Assembly (NCBI RefSeq): GCF_016432865.1
Contig: NC_067399.1
Span: 49,290,001-49,354,000, forward strand
Length of the DNA: 64,000 nt
Origin: Antechinus flavipes
Lineage: Eukaryota
Reading direction: 5' to 3'
The notes under the pieces: generated by a model
Database searches by the model: none
The model's input: only the letters and a program-made list of their open reading frames with translations
Told to the model about the DNA's origin: nothing
Translations under genes and position numbers: made by a program
Shown: positions 24,401-36,627 of the stretch, piece by piece
How the letters are laid out: each line of letters starts with the position of its first letter
Numbering within the stretch: the stretch's first letter is position 1

Positions 24401-27400
24401 GGCTAATACTAAAGTATTACAGCAGAAATAGTGAAATTCAAGGGGAGATGAGTTCTGATTTGGACCGATAAAGAGATGAGTGGTTGGAAAGGGTTGAGGA
24501 ATAAAAAGAGAGGAAGTGGAGGCAACAAGTGTACACAGTTCTTTCTTCCCTGTTAAAGTAATTAATATTTTTGGTTTTATCAGTGAACATTAATTTTCTT
24601 TTGCTCTCGTCTTTCCCTTCCTGCCCCACATTTGGGGGGAAAAACGTTTAGACAGTCTTTTTAACTGAGTTTAACTGAGGAGAGATTTGGGACAATCTCT
24701 TGAGGGAATCGTGGAGTATTTTGGGTGTATTTTAATGATGAAGAGATTTGAGCATGTCTGCAAGCAGCAAAGAAGGAAGAAGTAGAGAAGGAAATGGGGA
24801 TTCTTGTGGGGAGGATGTGGTGAAGGCAGGATACACAGAGCAGTACTCACCTTGGTGAAGAGAAGGTCACCTGTCCATCAGAGGAAGGTGAGATGTAGAG
24901 AAGGGAGCTCCTAGCAAGCAGCCTCTTTGGGAAAGGCGGTAAATGAGAGACTGGACAGGGAGGGCAGAGGGGGCAGCTGGGAGCAGGGAGAGGCCCAAGG
25001 CAATCACTGAGCTTGAGGTCAGGCTGGAAACGGGAAATCCAGCGTCCCAAGGCCTTTGTGTCCGGCTACTTTGACTGTCCATCCTGAGCCTGTGCCCAAT
25101 GCCAGAGCTCTCCTTGAGGGCACCTCCTTAGAGCGCCTGCCTTTGCCCTGGCCACGCAGTGACCTCAGCAGCCGCCCGGGCTCAGGAGCCGGCTCCCTGA
25201 CTGCCGCCCTTCCCTGGGATCGGGGCTGACCCGACACTTCACTGCTTTTTTAACCAGCTGCTTTCCCTTGGCTTCCAGTTTCCCCGATCACCCGGTCTCC
25301 CAGCTGCTGAAGAAGCTACAGTGTGCTGTGTACAACAGGCTGTACCCCATTATCAGCAAGCATGCTGCCGACTCTAAGACCAGCCTGGGCTGCGCTTCCC
25401 TTTCCCTGGACACTGAGGGGCTGCTGGCCCCCGGCAGTCGGAGGCTTCGCGCTTCCCAGAGCCTCTACTGCATGTTCACCCACCCTGAGCCCGTCAGGCT
25501 GAACCAGGAAAACTCCCCAGCTGCCCTCCCCGCCCCCCTGCCGCCTCCTGGCCCCCCGGACAGAGAGACGGAAGGCAGCTCCGCCGGCTCCCCTTCGCCC
25601 GGTCTGCTGGACAAGGACAGCTCCTTTGAGGACCTGGAGCATCTCTTAGCAGCTCCGGACACTTGGGCTCGAGGGCCCGGGGGGCTCACGGGGTCACAGA
25701 CCCCCGGCAAGAAGCCGCCGACGTTGCCAGAGCAGCTGAAGAGCATTGTAAAGGATGTGCACAATGCTGTCGGTGAGGGTGGGCTGCTGGCCTGGGAGGG
25801 GGGAGAAAAGGGAAGGCCGAGTCCCACTCCCCCACCCCAATGTCCTGCTCTGATGCTCCTCGGCCACAGGAGGGAGCCAAGCCCCATTCACCTTTGGCCT
25901 GGGCCCCTTGAGACAGTTAGCCTTGCTCTCCTGAGCAGAGTGCTCGTTCCTGACCACAGCGCCCTCTCCCGGAGCCCGCGGGGGCCAGCAGCCTGACGGG
26001 GGCCGGCCCGAGGTGGCCTGAGGGACGGGGATGCAGGAGAGGGGGAGGGGAGCCCATCGCCTGAGGGCCTGCTGAATTCTCACAGGGAGAGAGGGGCTGC
26101 GGCACAGCCCTCCTCCTCCTCCCAGCAGTCTGCAGCTCTGCTCTACGCTTCTCTTGTGGGCCTAACCCTGCAGCTTGGACCTCTGTGCTTATTGGTCCCT
26201 GGAGGAGTGCAGAGGACTCCGAGGCTCCTATTATTCACAAATCATAGCCATTAAGATAGACAGTGTCATTTGTCCAATGGGCCGCCCACAGATACAGCAG
26301 CTATGAAAATAGGAAGCCTGCCGAAGCATGAGGCATGAGACTTGTAGGGATTACATAGCAGGAGGAGAGTGCATTACAGCAGCCAGTGTGGCCTGTTCCA
26401 GAGCTTTATTAATAAGTCAAGGCCATTGGTGCCTGGGGCTCCTTAGCACTTCCTGTGGCTTCTCACAAATGTCCTTAATTCTGCTCCCGGCAGACAGATT
26501 GCTTTCCCTTACCCTCCTGGCATTTGAAGGCTTAAACACAGCTGCCTCCAAGGATCGATGTCTGGCCTGCATTGAGGAGCCTTTCTTCTCCCCGCTGTGG
26601 GCACCTCTGCTGGCTCTCTACAGGTATGGCACTTAGGGCTTGCCAGTTACTTTAGTACCTATTCTTCCCCATGAGCCTTTCCCCTTAACCAGACCGGGGT
26701 CCTCGCTGTCTGAGACAGATCTGGCCAGGAAGGAATGGACGCCTTTGGGAATGGCAGTGCCTCCACATCGGAGGTTGGGGGACAACTTGTCCTACTTGTT
26801 ATAGTCAGGATTCCTTTTCAGTGTTGGTTAAATGGCCCCTGAGGTCCCCTCCATCTCTGTGGGAGACGAGACTCATGCTTTCTCTTCTGTTCCCTTTGCT
26901 TCTCAAAGATCTTTGAAGCCACTTCTGTCCTTGTGAATCTCTTCCTCCTCCAAATATGTTCTTTGTTACTCACTTTGTCACTCCTGTGCATAGGAGATCA
27001 CTGAGAGGCTGAATTGTAAGCTCTCAGACAATGTCTCATTATCTTTGAAGCCTTTCTGTGACTCTAACCCAAAATCACATTTACATTTCTTTTACCTACT
27101 TGAATTTACCTCTTACTGTACATAATGCCGTCTGGCTCTCTTATAGCTTTTCCTTCTTCAGACACTTACTAGTTGTATAATGTTGGACAAGTCAAACAGT
27201 TTCAACCTCGGTGTCCTTATCTGTAAAATAGGGGTAATGATTGTAGCACCTAACTCACAAAACTGTTGTGAGGATCAGCCAAGATAACCTATTTAAAGCA
27301 CTTTACTATAGCTGTAAAGACTATTTATATATGCTAGCTAGTATTATAAATGGTAGCTAGTACCAGCACTCAGAGCCTCTTATATCTTGGGTTATTTATT

Positions 27401-30400
27401 TTTTCTGATAAGATGTTTATTCTTCCTTGGTTTTAAATGAAACCTTTGGGGGGACAGGGAACCAATTTCCCTAATTAGACTATCTAAAAGATTTTTTTTT
27501 TAATTTTCTTTTTTTAAACCATTTTAAGAATCAGTGCTATTCACTAAGCTGCTAGCTTTATACCTCTTTGTGGGGGAAGAGGGGAGGGGAACCAATTCCC
27601 CTAATGAGGCTATTAAAATTTTTTTTAAACATTTTTTTATTAAAGCTTTTTATTTGCAAAACATATGCATGGATAATTTTTCAAAACTGACCCTTGAAAA
27701 ACTTTCTGTTCCTAATTTTTCTCTCCTTCCCCCTACTCTCCCCTAGATGGCATGTAGTCCAATACATGTTAAATATGTCAAAATATATGTTAAATCCAAT
27801 ATTGTATACATATTTATAGTTATCTTACTGTATAAGAAAAATCATATCTAGAAAGAAAAAGAACCTGAGAAGGAAAACAAAATGCAAGCAAATATCAACA
27901 AAAAGCGTGAAAATATTATGTTGTAGTCCACACTCAGTTCCCACAGTCCTCTCCCTGGGTGTAGATGGCTTTCTTCATCACTGAACAATTGGAACTGGTT
28001 TGAATCCTCTCATTGTTGAAGAGCGTCACGTCCATCAGAATTGATCATCGTATAATCTTATTGTTGCCATGTATAATGATCTCCTGGTTCTGCTCATTTC
28101 ACTGAGCATCCTTTCATGTAAGTGTCCCCAGGCTTCTTTGAAATCATCCTGCTAATAGTTTCTTACAGAACAATAATATTCCATAATTTACCCAGCCATT
28201 CTCCAATTGATGGGCATCTACTCAGTTTCCAGTTTCTAGCCACTACAAGAAGGGCTGCTATAACCATTTTTGCTTATATGGGTCCCTTTCCCTCTTTTAA
28301 GATTTCTTTGGGATATAAACCCAGTAGAAACACTACTGGGTCAAAGGGTATGCACAGTTTGATAATTTTTTGAGCAGTAGTCATCAAAACCATTCGATAC
28401 TGGCTAAGAAACAATATAGTTGATCAGTGGAATAGGTTAGGTTCACAGGACAATGACTATAGTAATCTAGTGTTTGACAAACCCAAAGACCCCAGCTTTT
28501 GGAATAAGAACTTGCTATTTGACAAAAACTAGTGAGAAAATTAGAAACTAGTATGACAGAAACTAGGCATTGACCCACACATATTACCATATCCCAAGAT
28601 AAAAGTCAAAATGGGTTCATGATTTAACCATAAAGAATGAGGTTATAAACAAATTAGAAGAACATAGGATAGTTTATCTCTTAGATCTGTGGAAGAGGAA
28701 GGAATTTGTTGTGACAGAAGAAGAACTGGCGATCATTATTGATCACAAAATAGATAATTTTTTATTATATTAAGTTAAAAAGGTTTTGTGCAAACAAAAT
28801 TAATGCAGACAAGATTAGTAGGGAAGCAGTAAACTGGGAAAAATTTTTACATTCAAAGGTTCTGATAATGCCCTCATTTCTAAAATATATAGAGCATTAC
28901 CTCAAATCTATAGGAATTCAAACCATTCTCCAAATTGATAAATGGTCAAAATGGTTAAAAATTTTCAGATGAAGAAATTGAAACTATTTCTAGTCATATA
29001 AAAAGGTGCTCCAAATCACTATTAATCAGAGAAATGCAAATTAAGACAACTCTGAGATACCACTACACACCTCTCAGATTGGCTAAGATGACAGGAAAAG
29101 ATAATGACAAATGTTGGAGGGGATATGGGAAAGCTGGGATACTCTTGCACTGTTGGTGGAATTGTGAGCAGATTCAACCATTCTGGAGAGCAATTTGGAA
29201 CTAAATTTTCTTTTTTTTTTTTAAACCACTTTAAGTATCAGTGCTGTTCCCTAACATGGTAGCTTTATAGCTTTACACCTTACTAGTTGCTTTCCTCAAT
29301 ATTCATTACCTGGTTACCTAATGAACTTTGCTTATAAAGACTAAAATTCAAATAAGGATCTAGAAGCTTTGTTTTTTCCAAAAAACAAAGATTTTTTTGT
29401 TTTGTTTTTCCATTTTCCTTCTCACAGCTAACAAAGGGCATCTTTTGTCTTGTGTTCCTCTTATTTATTTAGAAGATTTTCCAACTTAATTTCTAGTACT
29501 AATTGTAATTCATTCTGGGGACAGGGATTTGATTCTTACTGTTTTGTAAGCATCATTAGGAACCTGTCTCATTTTGGGCATAGGGGTGTTCCCCTGGCAT
29601 TTCAGGTCTTTAGATGGTTCTTTGTTTATCCTCTCATCTCATCTTTCATCACAGGCTTGGGGATCATCTTTGTGTGTCCCCTTAGTATGAACCATCCAAC
29701 TTGATTTTTCTTGGATCTGACAAGAAATTCCCAACCCTCATTCCCACCCATGCACACCTGAGACTAATATGAAGGATGATCCCACAGTCCTTTGGTGGGC
29801 AGGGATGAGGTACATATAACCCCTACACTCGCTCATCCACAAAAGTGGATAAGAAGTGTTTTAGGAACCTCCATCCCATGAGTCACCCAGAATCTCCAAG
29901 ACCCCTGGGATGAAGAAATAGACCTTCCCCATGACATTATTCCTTCAAGCCCAGTCCAAGCCTCATCTCTTTTCCACCAGGATTGTCTATCAAGCCCGAG
30001 AAACGGCCCTCAGAAGGAGTATGGAGCTCTGTGGAAATATGCCTCCCTCTGCCCTGGGCATTGCCTCCAAGCTCTTCCCCCAGGAGTCAGGGCTCCGAGG
30101 GTCGGCTTCCTACCCTTACCGTACCGCAGTCCAAGAGCTGGGGCTGATGGTTCTGGAGAGCTGTCCTCAGAAGAAGCTGGAGTGCATTGGTAATAGGAGG
30201 GGCGGTCGGGAACTGGAGTGGGAGGCCCAGGGGTCGGCCTGCTCACCAGAGCCTCCTCTTCACCCCGCAGTTCGAGCTCTTCGCACAATCTGTGAGTGCG
30301 CCGAGGAATACTGCGGGGCCAGGGAGTCGCGCCTGCAGCCCAGCACCATGGCCATGTGAGTATCACGCCGTGCGGCCTAAGACCCTGCTCTCTGCGGCCT

Positions 30401-33400
30401 TCCCGCTGGTGTGCCAGGCTGGGAGCAGGACCGTGCCCCGAGAATCGCGGGCTCAGTCCCGCCCTGGGCAGCAGCTCCGGGAGCCGGGGCTCACTTCTGA
30501 AAGGCACAAGCCGCGGGGAGGAGTCTGCTGCAGAAGCCACACTTGGGGCCTGGCTGCTACAGAGACGTCTTCAGAACCCAGGCGGTCACCCCGAAAAGTT
30601 GGTGTGGGTGCAGCTTCTGCACCTGCCGCAGGGGAATGGCCCCGTGGGTGTTGGGCTGGGTTTCTCCTGTGAAAGCATTCTGGGACCGCTGCTTTCCGCG
30701 TTTCAGTGCTGCACCTCCGTCCTGTCTGGAGGAGAGCCTGGGTTCCTTTATTCTCCCTACTCCTCATCCCACCATCTGACCCCAACAGCTGGGAGCTACC
30801 CAGCCGCCCTTCACTATTTTTTGCCCTGTGTTTATTACATCCACTTTCTCTCTTGCCGGTCACTCTCCACATTGGGATCTTAGTCTTCCAGACCTGAAGT
30901 AGCCTTCTCCTGAGCTAGGCCCAGAGGGAAAGGGCCTGAGGTCAAGAACAGGATGACCCAGTTCTGGGGAGGAAATCTGCTCCAAGCTGGGGATTAGGCA
31001 GGTCCAGCCACGTGTAGCAATAGCAGCCATAGTCAGTGGATAACAATGGATAACCAGGGGCTCCAAGAGTCATGGAGTCCCACTTATGACTGCAAGTGTG
31101 CTCCATTCAGGAGTCCCTGATTCAAATCCTGCTTGAGACGTATGCAGAGACTTTTCACAGGCTAGTTTCTGAACATGTCTGTACTTTAGTCATTTATAAA
31201 AGGGAGAGGGTTCAGTGAAGAGCAAATGCGATACAGTGTGTAAAGGCATTTTGAGACCTTAAGAAGCTATATAAATGTGATCCCTTGCTATTAATGCCTT
31301 GGGCCAACTTAGGAGAAGATATACACCGTATACAGTTCAGTCCTTCTATGCTCAGGAGGTCTGGACTGCCGCTGCTTTCCCCCATCCTTAGGGTTGGATG
31401 TGGTGTGAGTGGGGCTTGTGTTAGTTATGATCTCTCTGCTGATGGGTCTCAGATCTCTGTCTGCAGCCCTCACCTCTCCTGAGCTGTGTGTCACTAACTG
31501 CCTCTGGGACATCTCAAACTTTTAGCCCATCTAAAACACAACTCCTTACTTTTCCCCCCAAACCCTCCTCTCTTTGCCTGTTATTGTCAAAGGCGCCCAC
31601 CCTCCCGGGCACCCTGTCTCTGTGGCAGCCTCAGTTCCTCACTGGAACTTGTACATATATAACTTGTGACCAAGCTTTCTTGGATCTGCCCCCACCCTAG
31701 CGCAGGCCCTTAAAGCCCCAGCCACTCTCCACACCAGTCCTTGCTTCCCTCGGCCACTTTGCTAAAACGAATCTGCCCGCGTCACCCCCACCCCAGCCAC
31801 CAAGCTCCAGAAGCAGATATAAACTGCCGTCACACTCGCCTCCCCCCATGTTTCTCTGAAATCATCCCCTCATTCTCTCCCGGGTACAGCTGCACTCCCT
31901 CACATTCACACTCCGTCCCTGGTTCCAACGTTGCCAGACTGGGCACCCCTGGGGCTCTGCCTCTGCGACATCTCGAAAGGAGCCACTGGCCGTAGTTTGG
32001 TCACATAGGCCCTTTCTCCTTCCTTGGACTTTTTTTGAGGAATAGTCCAAGTAGTGGAATGGACCAAAGGGTATGTACAAGTGAGTAACTGGGGGCACAG
32101 CTGCACCCTGCCTCCCAGAATGGTTCTTTTCCAGCCTTCTTAAATATTCTCCCCTCTACACAGTCCCACAGTCCAGTTCTGCTGACCTTCTTGTTCCTTT
32201 TTCTGACTGCTCCCCTCCCTCCTGGCTGTGATCTGGGCTTGGGATGCTCTCCCTCCTTACTTCCATTTCCCAGTTTCCCTGGATCCTTTTAAGACTGCTC
32301 AAATTACACTCCATCACCACCTTTTTTTTTTTTTTTAAACAAGGCAATTAGGGTTAAGTGACTTGTTCAGGATCACACAGCTAATAAGTGCTAAGTGTCT
32401 GAGGCCAGATTTAACTACAGGGCCCCACACTCTCCCCACTGCACCACCCAGCCACCCCAAACCTCTCCTTGAAGAGCTTTTCCAGGTCTCTCCTCACTAT
32501 ACTGTCTTTTCTCAGAGATTGCCTTCCATTTCCACTGCATACATCTTCTTTGTGCAATATTTTGTAGATTGTCTCCCCCATTAGAATGTAAAGTCCTTGA
32601 GGGCAAGGGCCATACTTCTACCTCTATATCCCCAGAACTTGTTCTGGCACTTAGTAAAGTAGATACTTGGCTCTTTTCAGCAATTGAGTGACCCGAGCCA
32701 ATTCGGATCAACTTGGGATGGAAAATACCATCTGCATCAAAGAAACCAAATTCTTGTTTTCTACTGCAAAAGAGACTCATAAAGAGGAGACAGGAAAGGG
32801 GGGAGGGATGGCAGTAAGCAAGAGGCAAAACTATTGACTGACAACTCTGTGTTGGGCACTTGGCCAAGGGCTGGGTAAGTGAAGGCAAAAAAAATCCTTT
32901 CCCTCAAGCAGCGCACATTCTATTGGGAGATATACACACAAGAGTAAATATAATTATATATGTGTGTGTGTGTCATATATAATTATATGTACACATACAG
33001 TAACTGTATATATGTTACATAGAAACACACATACACAAAAAATACATAAGTATAATTTTGGTTGGGAGAATACTGTTTGCAGAATATCAGAAAAAGCTTC
33101 ATGTGAAAGGTGATGCTTGACCTGAGCTGTGAAAAAACTGGGGCTTCCAAGAGCTGGAGTTGAAAAGAGTCATTCCAGGCCCTGGGCACAGCCTGTTCAA
33201 AGGAGTGGGTGATGAGAGCGTCACATTGGAGAACAAGAAAGCTTTCTGGGGGAACATAGAAAGCAAAGAACACATAGATCAGGAGAAAGTGAAGGGGTTG
33301 GTCATCTGTAGAATGAAGTGCAGAATGATGGGTTCAAGAGAACTTGTGGAGGGGTTGGTAAACTAGAAAACAGCTGGGTGGAGATCCTCCCCTAGTAGGG

Positions 33401-36400
33401 CCTGGGTACTGCCCCCTCCTCTCTACACCAGAGCTGAATTCACCTGGAAATCTTGCAAATGGACAGACTCAGGGGCCAGTTGTGACTGGCTACAAGTTAA
33501 GCACACAATCCAGTGGGAAAAAGGGAGGTGCTAGAGAGGCTTCCTTTAAGGTCGATTCTGCTTGTGCTAAGGGTCATGCTAGTCCAGAGGGCACTTGGGC
33601 ATCTGCCAAGTTTTCCCTCCTGTGTGCAGCGGGTCCACCTTAGCCACAGAGGAGGGAGGCATCCGCTTCTATTTTTCTTTCCATTAATGTGCCATCTTGC
33701 AGGGATCTCAGTTTCAGAGCACCCTAAATTTTGCATTTTAATTGATTTATTGATAGAACCTAATAAATGTCAACACAACCAACTTGTTTTGTAACCATTT
33801 CTATTTAAATGAAGTTTAATGCATGAAGTTTCATCTTCACAACCTTTATCCTTTTCATTCACTTTTCCTTTTATGTATTCAGGTTGGTGTGGACTTTATT
33901 CTGTACTGATTGCAATTCCTAAAGATATCCCCTTGTTTATATTCCTCATATGTGTTATATGCTAATATTCTATTGTGGATATGCCACAGTTTGTATAAAC
34001 ATTTCCTATTTTGGGATATGTATTCTCACTTTTTTGCAATTACAAATAAGGCTAATAGGAAAACTTTTAACAAATTCCTTCTTTTTTTGTTTTTTATAAC
34101 ATCTTTAGAGTATATGCCCAATAATGGGATTATTGGGTCAAAGAACATGATTGTTATTGTACTTGTACAAAGAGAGATTATTCTACAAAAGGATTCAATT
34201 ATCTTTCCACAAAAAAAAAAAAATATTGTTTCTCTTTGGACCAATCTGATGGGTAGGAGGTGGTACCTTAAAGTTGTCTAGCTTGCTTATCTATAGGTAT
34301 TAGTGAAGAACATTTTTCCAAGTAGTAATTAACTATTTCTATTACCTCTTTTGAAAAACTAGTCATATCCTTTGGGTGTTTATCCATTGTGGCTCATTAG
34401 TTACCTTTGTTATATTTTACCTGTTCCTTATGCATTTTAAATGTTTTTTTTTCTATTATATATATCACAAATATTTTCCCCAAATGTTCTACTTTTATTA
34501 CATACTTTTTTATTTTATGCAAATGCCATCTATTTTTCATTAATAAGTTTAATATTTTTATCTTTTTAATTTTAAAAGAAACCTGCTTCCCTCTCTAATT
34601 CAAGTACATAATTATTCCATGTAGAAAACAAAAATATAATTCATTAATTTTAATATTTGAAATAAGCATGAAAGAATGATAGATTTATTTCCGTCTAGAT
34701 GACATGAAGAACAACCAGAAGAAAATATTAAGAGATAAATCAAATTTATTACCTAGGCTACACTGTAAAGTGATCTCATATGTAGCTACCATATGTGCTT
34801 TTCCTTTACTGGATTTCTGCTAGTCTATTCCCACTAAGCTACTGTTTGGTGAGGAGAGCATTGCACTCTTCCCTCTTTGATTTCCTAAGCTTTGGTTCCT
34901 TTATTTGACTGGAGTTCCTGAGTGGTTATCCTTAGACCAGAGTCCACTAACTGATGTAAGACAGATGGGTTCATTGAGCCTCAGATACTCACTTGCTGAG
35001 TAACTGGGCAAGTCACTTAATCTCCACCCGTCTCAGTTAAATTGTAATATAATAATAGCGCCTACCTCCTAGAGTAATTGTGAGGCCCAAATGAGAGAAT
35101 GTATGTGAAGAGCTAGCAGTGTCTGACACACAATAGCTGCTTAGTTAATCATTTTTCGGTTTCTCTGCAGTGGTGCTGATGATCTGTTACCCATCCTGTC
35201 TTATGTGGTGTTGAAGAGTAACCTCCCCCAGCTGGTGTCTGAGTGTGCAGCCCTGGAGGAATTCATCCACGAGGGGTAGGGGTGAGATCAATGCTGAAAG
35301 GGCCGGGGAGGCTGGAAAAGATAAGGGGGGCTCCTGTGCGTCTTCCAGGAAGGGCTTGCTCTTCTTTGAATTGAAATTTGAGTGCTGGAAGGAGATTTGG
35401 AGAAAGGGCTAAAATTGGTCCCCAGAGGTCCGGGAAATCTTGGCTGGGTCACTGATCGGGCCAGTCAGTATCCTGGGTCGTGATTCAGAAATACTCTATT
35501 GCAGTCATTGCACATGGAATGGGTGCTTTCCTTACCATGGCCCTATTTATCTTAAGATTGTTTTGTCTCTTTCTCTTTCCCACACATACCCTACTGACTT
35601 TGACCTGGAGCCTCTCCTTAAAACCTCTCCTCTTTCTAGGAAGTTAATAAGAGTGTGTGACTCCTTAGGCCTTTTTTTTTTTAAGCTGAAGTCATTAGAA
35701 GACAAACAGAAAAGAAAGATATAGTTATGTCATCCCCACTCTCCCTTCCATTGTGTCTTCCTTTTGCCCTCATTACCTTGGATGTGGGAAGAGGAGGCAG
35801 GAAGTCACCCCTCTCTGGGGTCAGAGCCATTTGCTCACTAGCTGACAGTTTTGCTTATGAAACTGGACATCTCGGCAGCCTCCCTGGGGTATGACTTGGG
35901 AAGCAAGCTGAACCACTGGACCTTGGAGTCATCCGAACCTTAATGTGATGGGACAGAAAGGGAGGGAGACCGAAGGTAAAGATGGGGCTTGAATGTTATG
36001 GAAAGCACTATCTCTGGGAGCGTAGGCGCCTGCCAGAGAAACCTCAGAGCTGTGACGGGCCCCCAGCATCTTTGTTTGGCCCCTGCCCTCCAGGTCACTT
36101 AGCCATTTCTTGGGGCTGTCTTCCTCAGCCTTTTGGGGTATATACAGGCAGAAAATAGCTCCTCTCATTCTCAGCAAAGCCACATTTTTATTTACAAGGG
36201 CAAAAGTTGCTAAGATCCATAACCTTTGGCCCACCAAGTGTCCTCCAGGTTGGATAAAAAATGCAGTGTCCGTTTGTAGAGTTGAGTATATCTCTAACTT
36301 CATCAGGAGCTCCCTATTCCATTGGAGCCTTTGGGTCCCCAGGGTTCAGTAAGTGCTCGGTAAATGCTTGTTGAGGTTCCTTCCGGCTCCTCGGTCTGCT

Positions 36401-36627
36401 GCGGGCAGAAGCAAATGTAGCAGCTGCATGTGCCCGACAGTGGAGGGACCTCGGCCCTGGCATGACGCAGAGACCGATGGCGCGGGGTCGTGTCCCCACC
36501 CTGACAGTGGCCTCTGTCTGACTTTTGTGCCAGGTATCTGATTGGAGAAGAAGGCTACTGTCTGACCTCCCTGCAGAGTGCCCTGAGCTATGTGGAGCTG
36601 CTGCCACGGGGGGCTTTGGTGAAATAG
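18333..36627 (+). CDS. VPS9D1: VPS9D1, VPS9 domain-containing protein 1, 15 exons, 656 aa
   Basis: Exons: 18333-18452, 20385-20460, 21212-21304, 21418-21580, 22275-22386, 22616-22678, 22905-22957, 23040-23127, 23292-23377, 25279-25772, 26494-26623, 29981-30189, 30271-30355, 35171-35275, 36534-36627. Phases are consistent, total 1971 nt. Motifs include [10 protein letters not shown], the VPS9 motif [13 protein letters not shown] and [22 protein letters not shown]. Confidence 0.97.
18462..18817 (+). repeat. Degenerate purine-rich repeat of about 60 bp (about 4 copies) at the start of VPS9D1 intron 1
   Basis: Recurring GGGGGAGGGGGAGAAGAGGGAAGCCCCT / GGAGGGGGAGCCCC blocks with extreme G/A strand skew. 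Confidence 0.8.
22679..22904 (+). other. VPS9D1: U12-type (minor spliceosome) GT-AG intron, VPS9D1 intron 6
   Basis: The 5' splice site GTATCCTTT is the exact U12 consensus. The branch site TCTCCTTGAC (22882-22891) has its A 14 nt before the 3' splice site, with no long polypyrimidine tract. Confidence 0.9.
27631..29203. mobile_element. 5'-inverted (twin-primed) LINE-1 insertion in VPS9D1 intron 11
   Basis: The L1 3' end lies on the minus strand at 27631-28376. A degraded ORF2 C-terminal segment lies on the plus strand at 28374-29203 ([21 protein letters not shown]). There is GCA microhomology at the junction and an A/T-rich TSD-like AAATTTT..TAAAC on both sides. Confidence 0.85.
32322..32458 (-). 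mobile_element. WSINE1-like SINE (antisense, internally deleted)
   Basis: T-run followed by ggcaattagggttaagtgacttg...aagtgtctgaggccagattt...ctccccactgcaccacccagcc. Confidence 0.7.

Noticed and set aside
26472-26479. U12-like branch sequence TCCTTAAT before VPS9D1 exon 11
   Set aside because: The donor of that intron is GTGAGG (U2-type), so it is not a minor intron.
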